Shown piece by piece: positions 1 through 9,500 of a DNA stretch of 64,000 nt. How positions within the stretch are numbered: the first letter of the stretch is position 1; every line of letters starts with the position of its first letter. The DNA lies in the IMG/VR virus record IMGVR_UViG_3300032288_004964, positions 62,001 to 126,000 of that record; one strand, 5' to 3'. A model generated the notes under the pieces. It was not told the DNA's origin and searched no databases. It saw only the letters and a list, made by a program, of their open reading frames with translations. A program made the position numbers and the translations under genes.

Positions 1-729
1 GTTAGACCGGCACAAGTAAAAGAAATTCAATCATATTCTATGGTAGATGATAATAACTTCTATGATATTGTAGAAAAAATGAATGATATGTTGCAATCTT
101 GTGTTAGATTAAAATATCCCGATGGTAAGATTACCTCATTTTTAGAAATTAAAGATCAAGACCGTTTATTCTTAATCTTTATGATTAGAGAATTAACATT
201 CCAGCAAGGTAATTCACTAGCAGTTAATGCTAGATGTTCTTGTGGTAATGATATGCAAATTGAAATGAAGAGAGATAATTTTGTATTTCACGAGTTTGAT
301 GAGAAATTGGAAAGATTTTTTGACCTATCAACAAAATCATTTAAATTCAAAGTTCAAAATGGTAAAGATTATGAACTTTCTCCACCTTGTATTGGTATTC
401 AAAAATCATTTACTGATTATATTATTAAAGAAAATAATGAAAAAAGAACTCCTAATTTGGCTTTCTTAAAAATCATTCCTTTTATGTTGAATGGAAGATC
501 TTCTATTACAATTGATGGTATCAAAGCTAAACTTCAAGAATTTGAAAAGATAGATGATATCTCATTTCAATTCCTTAATGCAGCTGTTGGTAAAATGACA
601 TTTGGATTGAAGGAGTTAAAGAAAACTTGTAGCTGCGGGTTGGAGGTGCGCAGCGAAATGACATTTCCCAACGGAGCGTCAGGTATTTTCGTTATTCATG
701 ATGCCTTTGAAGCATATATTAAAGAATAA
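1..729 (+). CDS. Baseplate hub assembly protein, T4 gp26-like (5' truncated by window)
   Basis: Frame is open from base 1 (VRPAQVKEIQ, like gp26 RPFxVKE). Contains DRLFLIFMIRE, two CxC pairs and a C-terminal G..GIF. Lies next to the tube gene. Confidence 0.6.
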   Translation, partial: VRPAQVKEIQSYSMVDDNNFYDIVEKMNDMLQSCVRLKYPDGKITSFLEIKDQDRLFLIFMIRELTFQQGNSLAVNARCSCGNDMQIEMKRDNFVFHEFDEKLERFFDLSTKSFKFKVQNGKDYELSPPCIGIQKSFTDYIIKENNEKRTPNLAFLKIIPFMLNGRSSITIDGIKAKLQEFEKIDDISFQFLNAAVGKMTFGLKELKKTCSCGLEVRSEMTFPNGASGIFVIHDAFEAYIKE

Positions 730-949
730 GTTACTTTTACAGAAACACTTTAATACACAAGAAATTTCAATGGATGAATGGCCTTATTGGTTATTAGAAG
801 AGAATATTAAAATAGTTAATGAAATCATAGAAGAAGAGGAAAAACAAAAGAAAAAGGATGAAGAAAAACAACAAGCAGGAATGCCTAACTTTAATCCTGG
901 ATCAATGATGAAAAATGCTTCAAGTATGATGGGTAATATTAAGAGATAA
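698..949 (+). CDS. Small baseplate/tail assembly protein, gp51-like
   Basis: LLLQKHF...MDEWPYW resembles gp51-type LMQHH...MMPWER. Overlaps the gp26-like gene in the +1 frame. Confidence 0.5.
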   Translation: MMPLKHILKNKLLLQKHFNTQEISMDEWPYWLLEENIKIVNEIIEEEEKQKKKDEEKQQAGMPNFNPGSMMKNASSMMGNIKR

Positions 950-978
950 AAAAAGAGAGACAAATGTCTCTCTTTTTT
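948..978. terminator. Bidirectional intrinsic terminator
   Basis: AAAAAAGAGAGACA-aa-TGTCTCTCTTTTTT between convergent genes. Confidence 0.85.
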
Positions 979-995
979 GTTTAGTATTTTTACTA

Positions 996-1613
996 TTAGT
1001 ATCCAGAAATAAGTGGAGGGTTAATAGAGAAGTTATTATCAATATATTCATCAATCCAGTAATCTGCTATGAAGTCTGCATCACAAGACCAGATATCACT
1101 TCCTTCCCATTTAAGAGAAATACCACTTACTGATTTAATTTGACAGTTTTGGAAAGTTACCCTTCTAAGAACAAATCCTTTTTTATCATGTTGATTTACA
1201 ATAATAGTTCCAATAATGTCACTCTTATAATGTAAGTAACCTGTTTGAGAATTCCAAACTAAATCATACCATGATTTTAATGTATTCCAGTTTTCCATTG
1301 AACCTCCTTGATTAACATTAACTTGGAAGTTAATTTTGAAGTCAATAGTTGTTTTAGCTGGACCAGCTGCCATAAAAGCTCTAGTTGAATACTTGAACCT
1401 TTGTTCTTTAGTTTCAATTGCTTCTGTTAAGTTTACATCAATTGATGTTGCGTTTTCTAATAGCAATAGGGTATTTCTACCTTGTGCTTGTAATAAAGTC
1501 GGTAATACAAATGTTATTTCAAACAAATTAGTATATACTGGTTCTTCTGGTGACGTACCTGGTCCACCTGGTGAACCTACGTTTGAGATATTTGTAAAAT
1601 GTGGTAATGGCAT
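996..1613 (-). CDS. Tail tube protein, T4 gp19-like
   Basis: EPVYTNLFEITF, LKSWYDLV..SQTG..YKSD, IVNQHDKKG, final F.ADYW pattern. Confidence 0.75.
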   Translation of the reverse strand: MPLPHFTNISNVGSPGGPGTSPEEPVYTNLFEITFVLPTLLQAQGRNTLLLLENATSIDVNLTEAIETKEQRFKYSTRAFMAAGPAKTTIDFKINFQVNVNQGGSMENWNTLKSWYDLVWNSQTGYLHYKSDIIGTIIVNQHDKKGFVLRRVTFQNCQIKSVSGISLKWEGSDIWSCDADFIADYWIDEYIDNNFSINPPLISGY

Positions 1614-1726
1614 ATCTTTTTTAATTATTTTTTATAAATTATATATTATTACTCACATTCTCTTTATCTCCATTTATTATAATTATGTTGTTAAAAATGC
1701 CATTTCCACTTTTTAATAGATAGATT

Positions 1727-2074
1727 ATGAACTGTAACTATAGATTTTGCAATAAAGAGATTAAATGGGGTAGACCAGACAGAAAGTTTTGTAATAAAAA
1801 TTGCAAGTCAAAGGAAAATGCTATAATAAAAGAACTAAAGTCACTCAGTAGAAGAAATAAAAGAAACAAAGAATTTGTTGAAAAATCAAATATTAAACAT
1901 AACTATAAATATAATTATGATTTAACGCTTTATGAAAATTGCAGAAGTAAAGTTAAAATAATATGTCCAATACACGGAGAATTTGAACAAACACCAAACG
2001 CTCATTTATACTCTGGTAGTGGTTGTGAAAAATGCGCTAGAGAAGCTAGAAGAAAAGAAACAATATCGCAATAA
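1727..2074 (+). CDS. Zinc-binding protein with DUF723-like repeat, no nuclease domain
   Basis: CxxxxC...FCxxxC plus KVKIICPIHGEFEQTPNAHL..SGCEKC. Confidence 0.6.
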   Translation: MNCNYRFCNKEIKWGRPDRKFCNKNCKSKENAIIKELKSLSRRNKRNKEFVEKSNIKHNYKYNYDLTLYENCRSKVKIICPIHGEFEQTPNAHLYSGSGCEKCAREARRKETISQ

Positions 2075-2084
2075 TTTCATATAA
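2058..2084 (+). promoter_or_regulatory. Phage bipartite promoter AAAC-N17-ATATAA
   Basis: Same motif precedes about 9 transcription units. Confidence 0.55.
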
Positions 2085-2102
2085 AAAGAAAAACTAGTTT
2101 TA

Positions 2103-3221
2103 ATGAAAGTTTTTATAACAACTGATTGGCATTTTGGTGTTTATCTTAATAATTTAGACAAATGGTTGAATATGATGGAAGATTATTTCTATAATTCATT
2201 TATACCATATATAAAAGCAAATGCCGAACCAGGTGATATTCTTATTCACTGTGGTGACCTTTATGATAATAGAACATCTATTCCTATTATAGCTTCTTAC
2301 AAGGCGGAAAAGATACTTATAGAGATATCTAAGATACTCCCACTTCACATTATAGTTGGTAATCATGATCTTTATAACAAAGGAACTAATGATATTAACT
2401 CGGTTAGATTATTCAACCATGTTCCTAATATATCTGTTTATACCGACACTACATCTATTGAAATAGGTGGTCAAAAATTAGTACTTATGCCCTGGGTTGA
2501 AAAAAGATTAGATATGATTAAAGAGATTGATAATAATCCAGGTGATTATCTTTTCTGTCACTCTGATTTAAATGGATGTTTAATGCACTTAAACTCTGTA
2601 GCCCACAGAAATGCTGATAAAATTGATGTTGATAACTTTGGAAAGTATAAACATGTATTCAGTGGACACATACACATTAGACAAACCAATAAAAACTTCT
2701 CATTTATTGGATCTCCCTATCAAATGGATAGAAATGATATGGGTGATCAAAAAGGAATAACTATACTTGATCTATCAAATGATAAAATTAACTTTGAACC
2801 AAATAAATACTCTCCAGTATTTAGAAGATTTAGTGTTTCTAATGAAGATGATATTGATAGACTAGATGAATTAAAAGATACTAAAGATTACATAGATTTG
2901 TCTATATCAAACAATCTCCTAATTAGTAATAGAAAGCTTCGCCGAAAACTAGAAGTGATGTTAGAGAAAGGTAATTTTGCTTCTGTTGACTATATTGATG
3001 ATATTACAAAAGAGTTAGTTGAAGGTGAAGAAGTGAATGAATCTGTTGAATTGGATGAGAACGGAATGGAGATATCTGTTCAATTAGAATATGAAGATTA
3101 TATTAAAGAATATATCTTAAAACAAAAATATGATAATGATAAATTCAAATCTGGAGTTATTTCTGAATTTGATGAAGTTATTAAAATCTATAATGAAAAT
3201 TATAAAGTAAAAAGTGAATAA
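2103..3221 (+). CDS. Recombination nuclease subunit, T4 gp47/SbcD/Mre11-like
   Basis: Metallophosphoesterase motifs DWHFG, GDLYD, GNHD, SGHIH, GSPYQ. Confidence 0.9.
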   Translation: MKVFITTDWHFGVYLNNLDKWLNMMEDYFYNSFIPYIKANAEPGDILIHCGDLYDNRTSIPIIASYKAEKILIEISKILPLHIIVGNHDLYNKGTNDINSVRLFNHVPNISVYTDTTSIEIGGQKLVLMPWVEKRLDMIKEIDNNPGDYLFCHSDLNGCLMHLNSVAHRNADKIDVDNFGKYKHVFSGHIHIRQTNKNFSFIGSPYQMDRNDMGDQKGITILDLSNDKINFEPNKYSPVFRRFSVSNEDDIDRLDELKDTKDYIDLSISNNLLISNRKLRRKLEVMLEKGNFASVDYIDDITKELVEGEEVNESVELDENGMEISVQLEYEDYIKEYILKQKYDNDKFKSGVISEFDEVIKIYNENYKVKSE

Positions 3222-3224
3222 AAC

Positions 3225-3252
3225 AAAAACCCATCTTTAAGATGGGTTTTTT
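3225..3252. terminator. Bidirectional intrinsic terminator
   Basis: AAAAACCCATCT..AGATGGGTTTTT. Confidence 0.85.
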
Positions 3253-3512
3253 ATTAACTTTATTTTCAAATCACCAGTTCCTTTTATTAGTCTATGATAA
3301 ATACCCATTGGTATAAATACTTCTCCTTTTATTTCTTTGGGTAATTCATTATCTATTTGAATCATCCAATCTGTTTTACCAATAGATTCGATTATTCTAT
3401 CTTCTCTATCACGATGCCACATAAATTCACCAGAATCAGTATCATTATGGAACTCTCTGATAAAGATATTATCACTTAATTTATTTTCTTGAAATGGTAA
3501 CATATGAATCAA
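3237..3512 (-). CDS. Small cupin-fold protein
   Basis: WHRDREDR...FIPMGIYHRLIKG cupin motifs. Confidence 0.6.
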   Translation of the reverse strand: MIHMLPFQENKLSDNIFIREFHNDTDSGEFMWHRDREDRIIESIGKTDWMIQIDNELPKEIKGEVFIPMGIYHRLIKGTGDLKIKLIKNPS

Positions 3513-3928
3513 TTATGCTTTGTAAATGAAATTTGTAAATGGTGAAAATTATCAACTTCCTTACCAAAGAAATACAATCTATGATTTTTATACTTTACAA
3601 GATTATGACTAGCTGGATCTTCCGTTGTAGAATAAAACATATTTAAAATATAAAAATCTTCGCTTTCCATGTAATCAATCATCCTTTCAAAAACTTCCTT
3701 TACATCATCATAGGTAAAAGACTTAGAACGTTCTTCATAATAGCCTGAATTTTGTACAACTCCAACAAATACTCTTATAGAGTCAGGACTAAGAACTCCA
3801 CCAGTTCCTTTCATCTCACGAACATCTACAAAATAACCTAAATCTGTTAGTTCTAATAAAATATCATTTAACTCATTAGTATTTTTATTAAAAGATTCAA
3901 ATATTTTATATTTTTTTAAGTGTTTCAT
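3509..3928 (-). CDS. Hypothetical, putative head-packaged protein
   Basis: N-terminal MKHLKKYKIFES; TATATA promoter 4 nt upstream of ATG. Confidence 0.55.
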   Translation of the reverse strand: MKHLKKYKIFESFNKNTNELNDILLELTDLGYFVDVREMKGTGGVLSPDSIRVFVGVVQNSGYYEERSKSFTYDDVKEVFERMIDYMESEDFYILNMFYSTTEDPASHNLVKYKNHRLYFFGKEVDNFHHLQISFTKHN

Positions 3929-3931
3929 ATA

Positions 3932-5269
3932 CTATATATAAAAATAATCAGTATAATTATTTGACTTTAATCGGTATCTCATAATTTGTCTATCTATTCC
4001 CGATCCATCAACTGCTTTTGATATAGATTCATAAATAATTCCATTTATAGAGACCGATTTTAGTTTTGGTATGCCTGTTTCTTTTAACTCGACCACTTTA
4101 TCCAAATAAAACCAACTTGGATATGATTTTGAGTTAAGTCTCCAATTTATATAATCATGTGTTTTTTTTAATTCTTTTACAGCTTCTGTTATTGACCCAT
4201 ATTCTTTTCCTTCTATTGATATTCTTTCTTTTTTTGACAGATGTGGATCAACTTCAATAAATTTATTATACTTTATGTTTAGATCATTATCTTTGAATAG
4301 ATAGTTTTTGAAGTGAGATGACTTTAATCTTGAACGTATTAAAGACCTATCAATACTAAGTCTTTCAACAGATTCGGAAATAGATTTATATTCTATATTA
4401 TCAATGATTATTTCTTTTTTAGTCTCCTGGTCAAACTTTTTTCTTTTTTCTTGAAGTCTAATCTTTATTTTTAATTTTAAATCTTCGCCAATATATTCAT
4501 AAAATTTATATCTTCTTTTAAAAAATCTATTCGGTACACAATCAATATATAAAATTAAACCATCTATATCTTTTTCAATAATTAGTCTATCGATCTTATC
4601 AAATTCCTCATTTTCTCTAATTTTTAATTTTCCAAAAATATACCTTAAATCCTCCCCAAAGAACTCGTAAAAACCATAAGCATTTTTAAGAAAATTATGG
4701 TCTACTCTTTTTTTAATTAATGATAGTTCGTTTAGATAATCATCAATATTTCCAAATTTTATCTCGTTTCTAATAAATTCACATCTTTCTTTAAATTCAT
4801 CATTATATTTCTTCCACTTTTTTTCATTTTTTAATTTAGATTCTGTAGATAAAATACTCTTATGTATATTTTTTTTAAGATTTTCTTTGTATATCTTAGC
4901 TTTTTCCAAACCAAATGCTTCTTCATAGGTTTTACCCTTTTTGGGACTATTTTTAGATATCTTCTCTCTTATTAATTCTAAATCAGGATGATTAGATAGA
5001 GTATCTCCTCCATCACCACCAGGAGCGATATTATATCCTATTTTTCTATCAGTTGATTTATAATATGATATCCAATAAATCTCCTTCTTTGAAAGTACAT
5101 TATAGTCATCAGTTTCATCAATAATTTCTTTGATGAAATTTTCCATTCCATATTTTTTTAAAGACCTACTAATTATCAATCCTGATCCAAAATAGTTGGG
5201 ATCTGATGTGGTGTCTTTGCCTATATAAATTTTATTATTTACAAGATTGGTTATTTTATATATTTGCAT
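3932..5269 (-). mobile_element. Free-standing GIY-YIG (Seg-like) homing endonuclease
   Basis: QIYKITN..N.KIYIG, YFGSG, GYNI..GGDGG; three C-terminal Y.SI..A...L NUMOD1-like repeats. Confidence 0.85.
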
Positions 5270-5322
5270 AATGATAATTTTTTATTTACCATTATATATT
5301 AAATGTCTTCTCCTCCCTTAAA

Positions 5323-5901
5323 TTACCAAAATCCCGGGTAGGATTTATTGTTCCACAAGTGACCAAATTTATTAATTCTACACGCCCAGTAACCAGCAGT
5401 AGTTTTGTCTTTTTTTGCGGGGCAATTCATGCGACTGGAAAATGCTTTTCTTGCTTTAGGATTACTAACTTTAGCAGTCAATCCACCTTTTATATCACCA
5501 AATGAAATCTTTTTAACCCTGCCAGTTTTAGGATTTTTAACATAAACATAATATTTTTTACCCGATCCGGTGTTTCTCATTGGGTAATTTAATTTAACTT
5601 CTTTTCCGTGATATTCAGCCTCATTTAGTTCTTCAATGTTTTCCATTGGTATATCTAAAGGAACTAACTCACCGTTGTACATTCCAAACTTACCAATATC
5701 AGTTGATTCATATAATTCTTTATCAACATCACATAGATTAACTCTACCTAAGTCAAATAGTTCTCTAGCTTCTTTGATAACCTCATAAAAAGCTTCTGAG
5801 CCTGGTCTGAATATATTTTCAGTAATAGGTTTATTATTCTCTAAATGATATTTAAGAGATTCTGATACATTTATAGATTCTGTGAATTTTCTAATTTGCA
5901 T
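5323..5901 (-). CDS. Putative head protein with conserved viral C-terminal domain (DUF5754-like)
   Basis: KKYYVYV..KKISFGD..ARKAF..R..C..AGYWACR; N-terminal MQIRKFTES; internal LNEAE. Confidence 0.5.
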   Translation of the reverse strand: MQIRKFTESINVSESLKYHLENNKPITENIFRPGSEAFYEVIKEARELFDLGRVNLCDVDKELYESTDIGKFGMYNGELVPLDIPMENIEELNEAEYHGKEVKLNYPMRNTGSGKKYYVYVKNPKTGRVKKISFGDIKGGLTAKVSNPKARKAFSSRMNCPAKKDKTTAGYWACRINKFGHLWNNKSYPGFW

Positions 5902-5910
5902 AGTTAGTTA

Positions 5911-6105
5911 TTATTTTAGTTCATTGAACTTTTCAATTTTGTTCTTTTTAACTTTTTCGAGTTCTTTTTCATCATGTTCAACTGGTTCAGTTTTGATATC
6001 AGGATTTAAATCCTTTTCCATTTCTAAAGAATCAGCATTAAATTCCATTTCTTGGTCTTTAGCTTTTTCTTCTTTAGTTTCGTTAAATCTTTTGATGTGT
6101 GTCAT
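5911..6105 (-). CDS. Small charged protein, putative head-packaged
   Basis: MTHIKRFNE N-terminus; in operon. Confidence 0.55.
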   Translation of the reverse strand: MTHIKRFNETKEEKAKDQEMEFNADSLEMEKDLNPDIKTEPVEHDEKELEKVKKNKIEKFNELK

Positions 6106-6107
6106 TT

Positions 6108-6431
6108 TTATTTACTAATTTTTTTAAGAACTTTAGCGCATTTTTCATACTCTTCATTTTCTTCCAGTTCTTTAAGATATTCTCTTAATTGTTCTTTATT
6201 AGATAATTCTAATTTTAGATTAAATCTAACTTCACCTAATTCTTTCATATCTTTTACTTGTTTATCTATTATTTTATTAATAACATCTCTTTTGAATTGT
6301 GACATTTTTGCAAATTCATTCCAATCATTTACACCATTATCTTTTAGAAAGTGTAAAATACCATCGGTACAAGAAGTTATTCTATCTATTGTAGATTCAA
6401 GTAAAAATTGATTATAATTATTTATTTTCAT
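6108..6431 (-). CDS. Hypothetical protein with C-terminal UVR-like motif
   Basis: MKINNYNQFLLES; EENEEYEKCAKV. Confidence 0.55.
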   Translation of the reverse strand: MKINNYNQFLLESTIDRITSCTDGILHFLKDNGVNDWNEFAKMSQFKRDVINKIIDKQVKDMKELGEVRFNLKLELSNKEQLREYLKELEENEEYEKCAKVLKKISK

Positions 6432-6473
6432 TAAAAGTATATATTATTTTTCCTTATCAAGAAATGTAAAATT

Positions 6474-6481
6474 AATATATA
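6474..6481 (+). promoter_or_regulatory. Late-type promoter AATATATA (divergent copy at 6438-6445)
   Basis: Motif recurs before most virion genes. Confidence 0.6.
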
Positions 6482-6504
6482 CTTAAAACTATTAATAAGC
6501 ATAG

Positions 6505-9500
6505 ATGTCAAATCATAAAAATTTAATCTGGTACAATAAAGAAGGTGATTATTTAAATTTCCGATACAGTGATACAACTGACAGATTTGAGGGTAATATT
6601 CTTTTTCACGAAAATTCAACAGATACATTTAAAACATATGGTTTGTATATGTTCGAAAGGATACCTGCCTTTGAATATGAGGTTCCTGGTATTTTAACAT
6701 TAGCTAAATTTCAATTATTTAATGAATATGGTATGGATATTCATGGTGCTAAGTATGCTACTCAATCTGTTACATTAATAGAACCAGTTAATAATGATCC
6801 TGATTTCTTTTCAAAGTGGATATATGGTGTTAATTTTGAATCTAAGTTTCCTATTGGAACTCATATAGTTTTTGATACTCCTTTTTTAGAGTTTACCAAT
6901 TCTCAACAAACTTATATAGTTGTTGCTTCTAAGAAAAATGCTATTATGGTTATAAGTTTGATGGATAATCAAACATTTGAAACAACATTTTACACAACAT
7001 ATAGTGATCCAACTCAATATGGTAATATTTATATTTCTGGTTTAAATTTAATAGGTGTTTATAATTATATTGATAATTTTTATAATAATAATTTATCTAA
7101 TTGGAATGAGCCTAATTTTTATGATAAGTATACTAAAGGTAGAAGATTGAATATAGTAAATTCTACTAAGAATAAAAATGCTGATAATAGATTTACACAA
7201 AAAGTTGTAACTGTTGTTGATGATAATTTAACTGATACTATTTATTTTGAGTATGATTTACCTAGTGTATCTTTACCAACTAATACTGATTTAATTATAG
7301 AGCTTGTTACTAAAACTGATTTACCACTAATTTATACTGGTCCATTATCAATATCAACAAATTCTATTTCATTTGGAACATCTACGGTTCCTATAATATT
7401 AAAACCAGGTATAGTTTTTAAGATTAATGGATCTGTTAATAATACATCATTTTATACAGTAGATTCAATACTTAATTTTACATCTAACAATCAGTCTATA
7501 TACTATGCTACGCAATCTTTAGTTACCTACGATAATAGAATATATGAATGTATTCAGGCATATACTCAGAGTGGTGTATCTCCTGATATTAGTGAGTATT
7601 TTACAAATAAAGTAGGACTATCAACAGGATATGAAATAACTCCTGATAATACGGTATATTGGAAATTAGCAACATATATACCGGTATCAGAAACATTAGT
7701 TTCTGAGAATTTATTGTCTTCTCAAATTTATCTTGATAGTAATAAATTATATTTCACACAAGGATTTACTCAAAGTCAAGCAATAACATTAGCATCAGTA
7801 GCTGAGAACTATGCTGATCAATTTAAATTATTTAATGTTGATTTATATTATTCAGTTAATAAATTAAAAGCTGATTTAATGTATCCAACTAGATATGTAG
7901 ATGTTAATTATTATCATACACAAGTTGGTGCTACTTATAGTATAGGTAGTGGTTTTGTTATAAACTATGAAAGAGTTGTTAGAGTTGAGCAAGAGTTAGT
8001 CACTGAATTAAACTATGACATTTCTGAAAATTTTGATTATAATATAGTTTTCACTGATTTAGATGAGTATGGATTAATTATTAAGATTAATAAAATGGTT
8101 TATCAAGAAGAGATAGACTGGGTTTATTCTGGTATAGCTGTTGATATGGTTAGAACAATAGATAGAACACTTAGAAATTGGTTAACTAGAAATCATCCAA
8201 GATTAGTCACATTAGGTATATTTGCTACTTTACAATATATTGGATCTGGTTATTCAATCTTTTTTAATTCTATTAAATTAACTACTGAATATCCAAATGT
8301 TCCTATTGATTTCACTGTCCAAGTTGGTACAACTGCTGATTTTTATATAGAACACTCTAGAGTTTTATTTAATGAAATGGGTAGTTATTTAGGTGTTAAG
8401 ATAAACAATAGAGATTATAGTATAGGTGTTACTTATTCTACTTATCCAACTACTGTTGATATTCCAGGAACACTTCAATTATGGAGTGATGAATATTCTG
8501 ATACATTACAAGATTTTGGAATTTATACAACTATTATCAATAATATGATAAAGTTTGATGTTAAAGAACAGGATCAAAGATTAGAGTATGAATTTTCTAT
8601 AGGTAAGAGTACTTTACCTGGTCTTCCTGGCTATTCTATAATCAGAAAGATGAAAGGTAATGTAGGATTAATAATAACATCTAATCAAATACAACTTCCA
8701 GGTCCTACATATTCTTTAGAAGAAGCTGGATTTGCAACTGGTATGGTTGTTGCTATTAATAATACAATTCATCCATATAATAATCAAGAGTTTGTTGTTT
8801 TAGGATTAGATCCAGATAGAATAGATTTGAGTTATGAGGGTCCTTTCTGGGGATTGACAAATGATATTTGTAGTGTTTCCCCTTTTGTTAATATTGCGTT
8901 TAATCTTGGTTTTGGTGCTACTGGTTGTCCTACACCTGTTGGTCCTACTGGTGCTGGGGGCGGTCCATTTAATCAGTATCAATTTAGTAATTTAATGTTT
9001 AGTATCTCTTATAATCCTAATAGTTATATAATTAACACTTATAATCTAAGTTCATATCAGGGAACTTCTAATATGGTTGATATTACTTATGTTCAGTTAT
9101 CTAATTCCATTTATGCGTTGGGTGATGATATTACAGTAATGGATTCTTATTTTGCTGATTATTTAACTACTATTTCTCTACCGGGTAACACTCAAAGTTT
9201 ACATTTAAAGTTTAATAGTATTAATAATTATCTTTATTCATTATCTAAGAATATACTATATGTCATAGACCCATTATTGAATACCGTTATATCTACTATT
9301 ACTTTAGCAAATGATGCTTTTGGTATTGAGATAAACACATTTAATGGTGATATCTATATCTCATATCAAAATACAAATAGAATTGATATTTATAATTATT
9401 TAAATGTTCTTGTAACAACATTAACATCTGGTTTATCTTGGTCAACCGGTAAAACATATAATATGGCTTTTAATGAGTTTGAAAAAGACATGTATGTTAT

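Noticed and set aside
1336-1716. Overlapping shadow ORFs such as 1336..1716, 6052..6411, 42821..43099, 55583..55891
   Set aside because: Antisense or out of frame to well-supported genes, with non-ATG starts or low-complexity translations.
3932-5269. Group I intron around the GIY-YIG gene
   Set aside because: Flanking genes are complete and abut closely, leaving no room for an intron core; the gene is free-standing.
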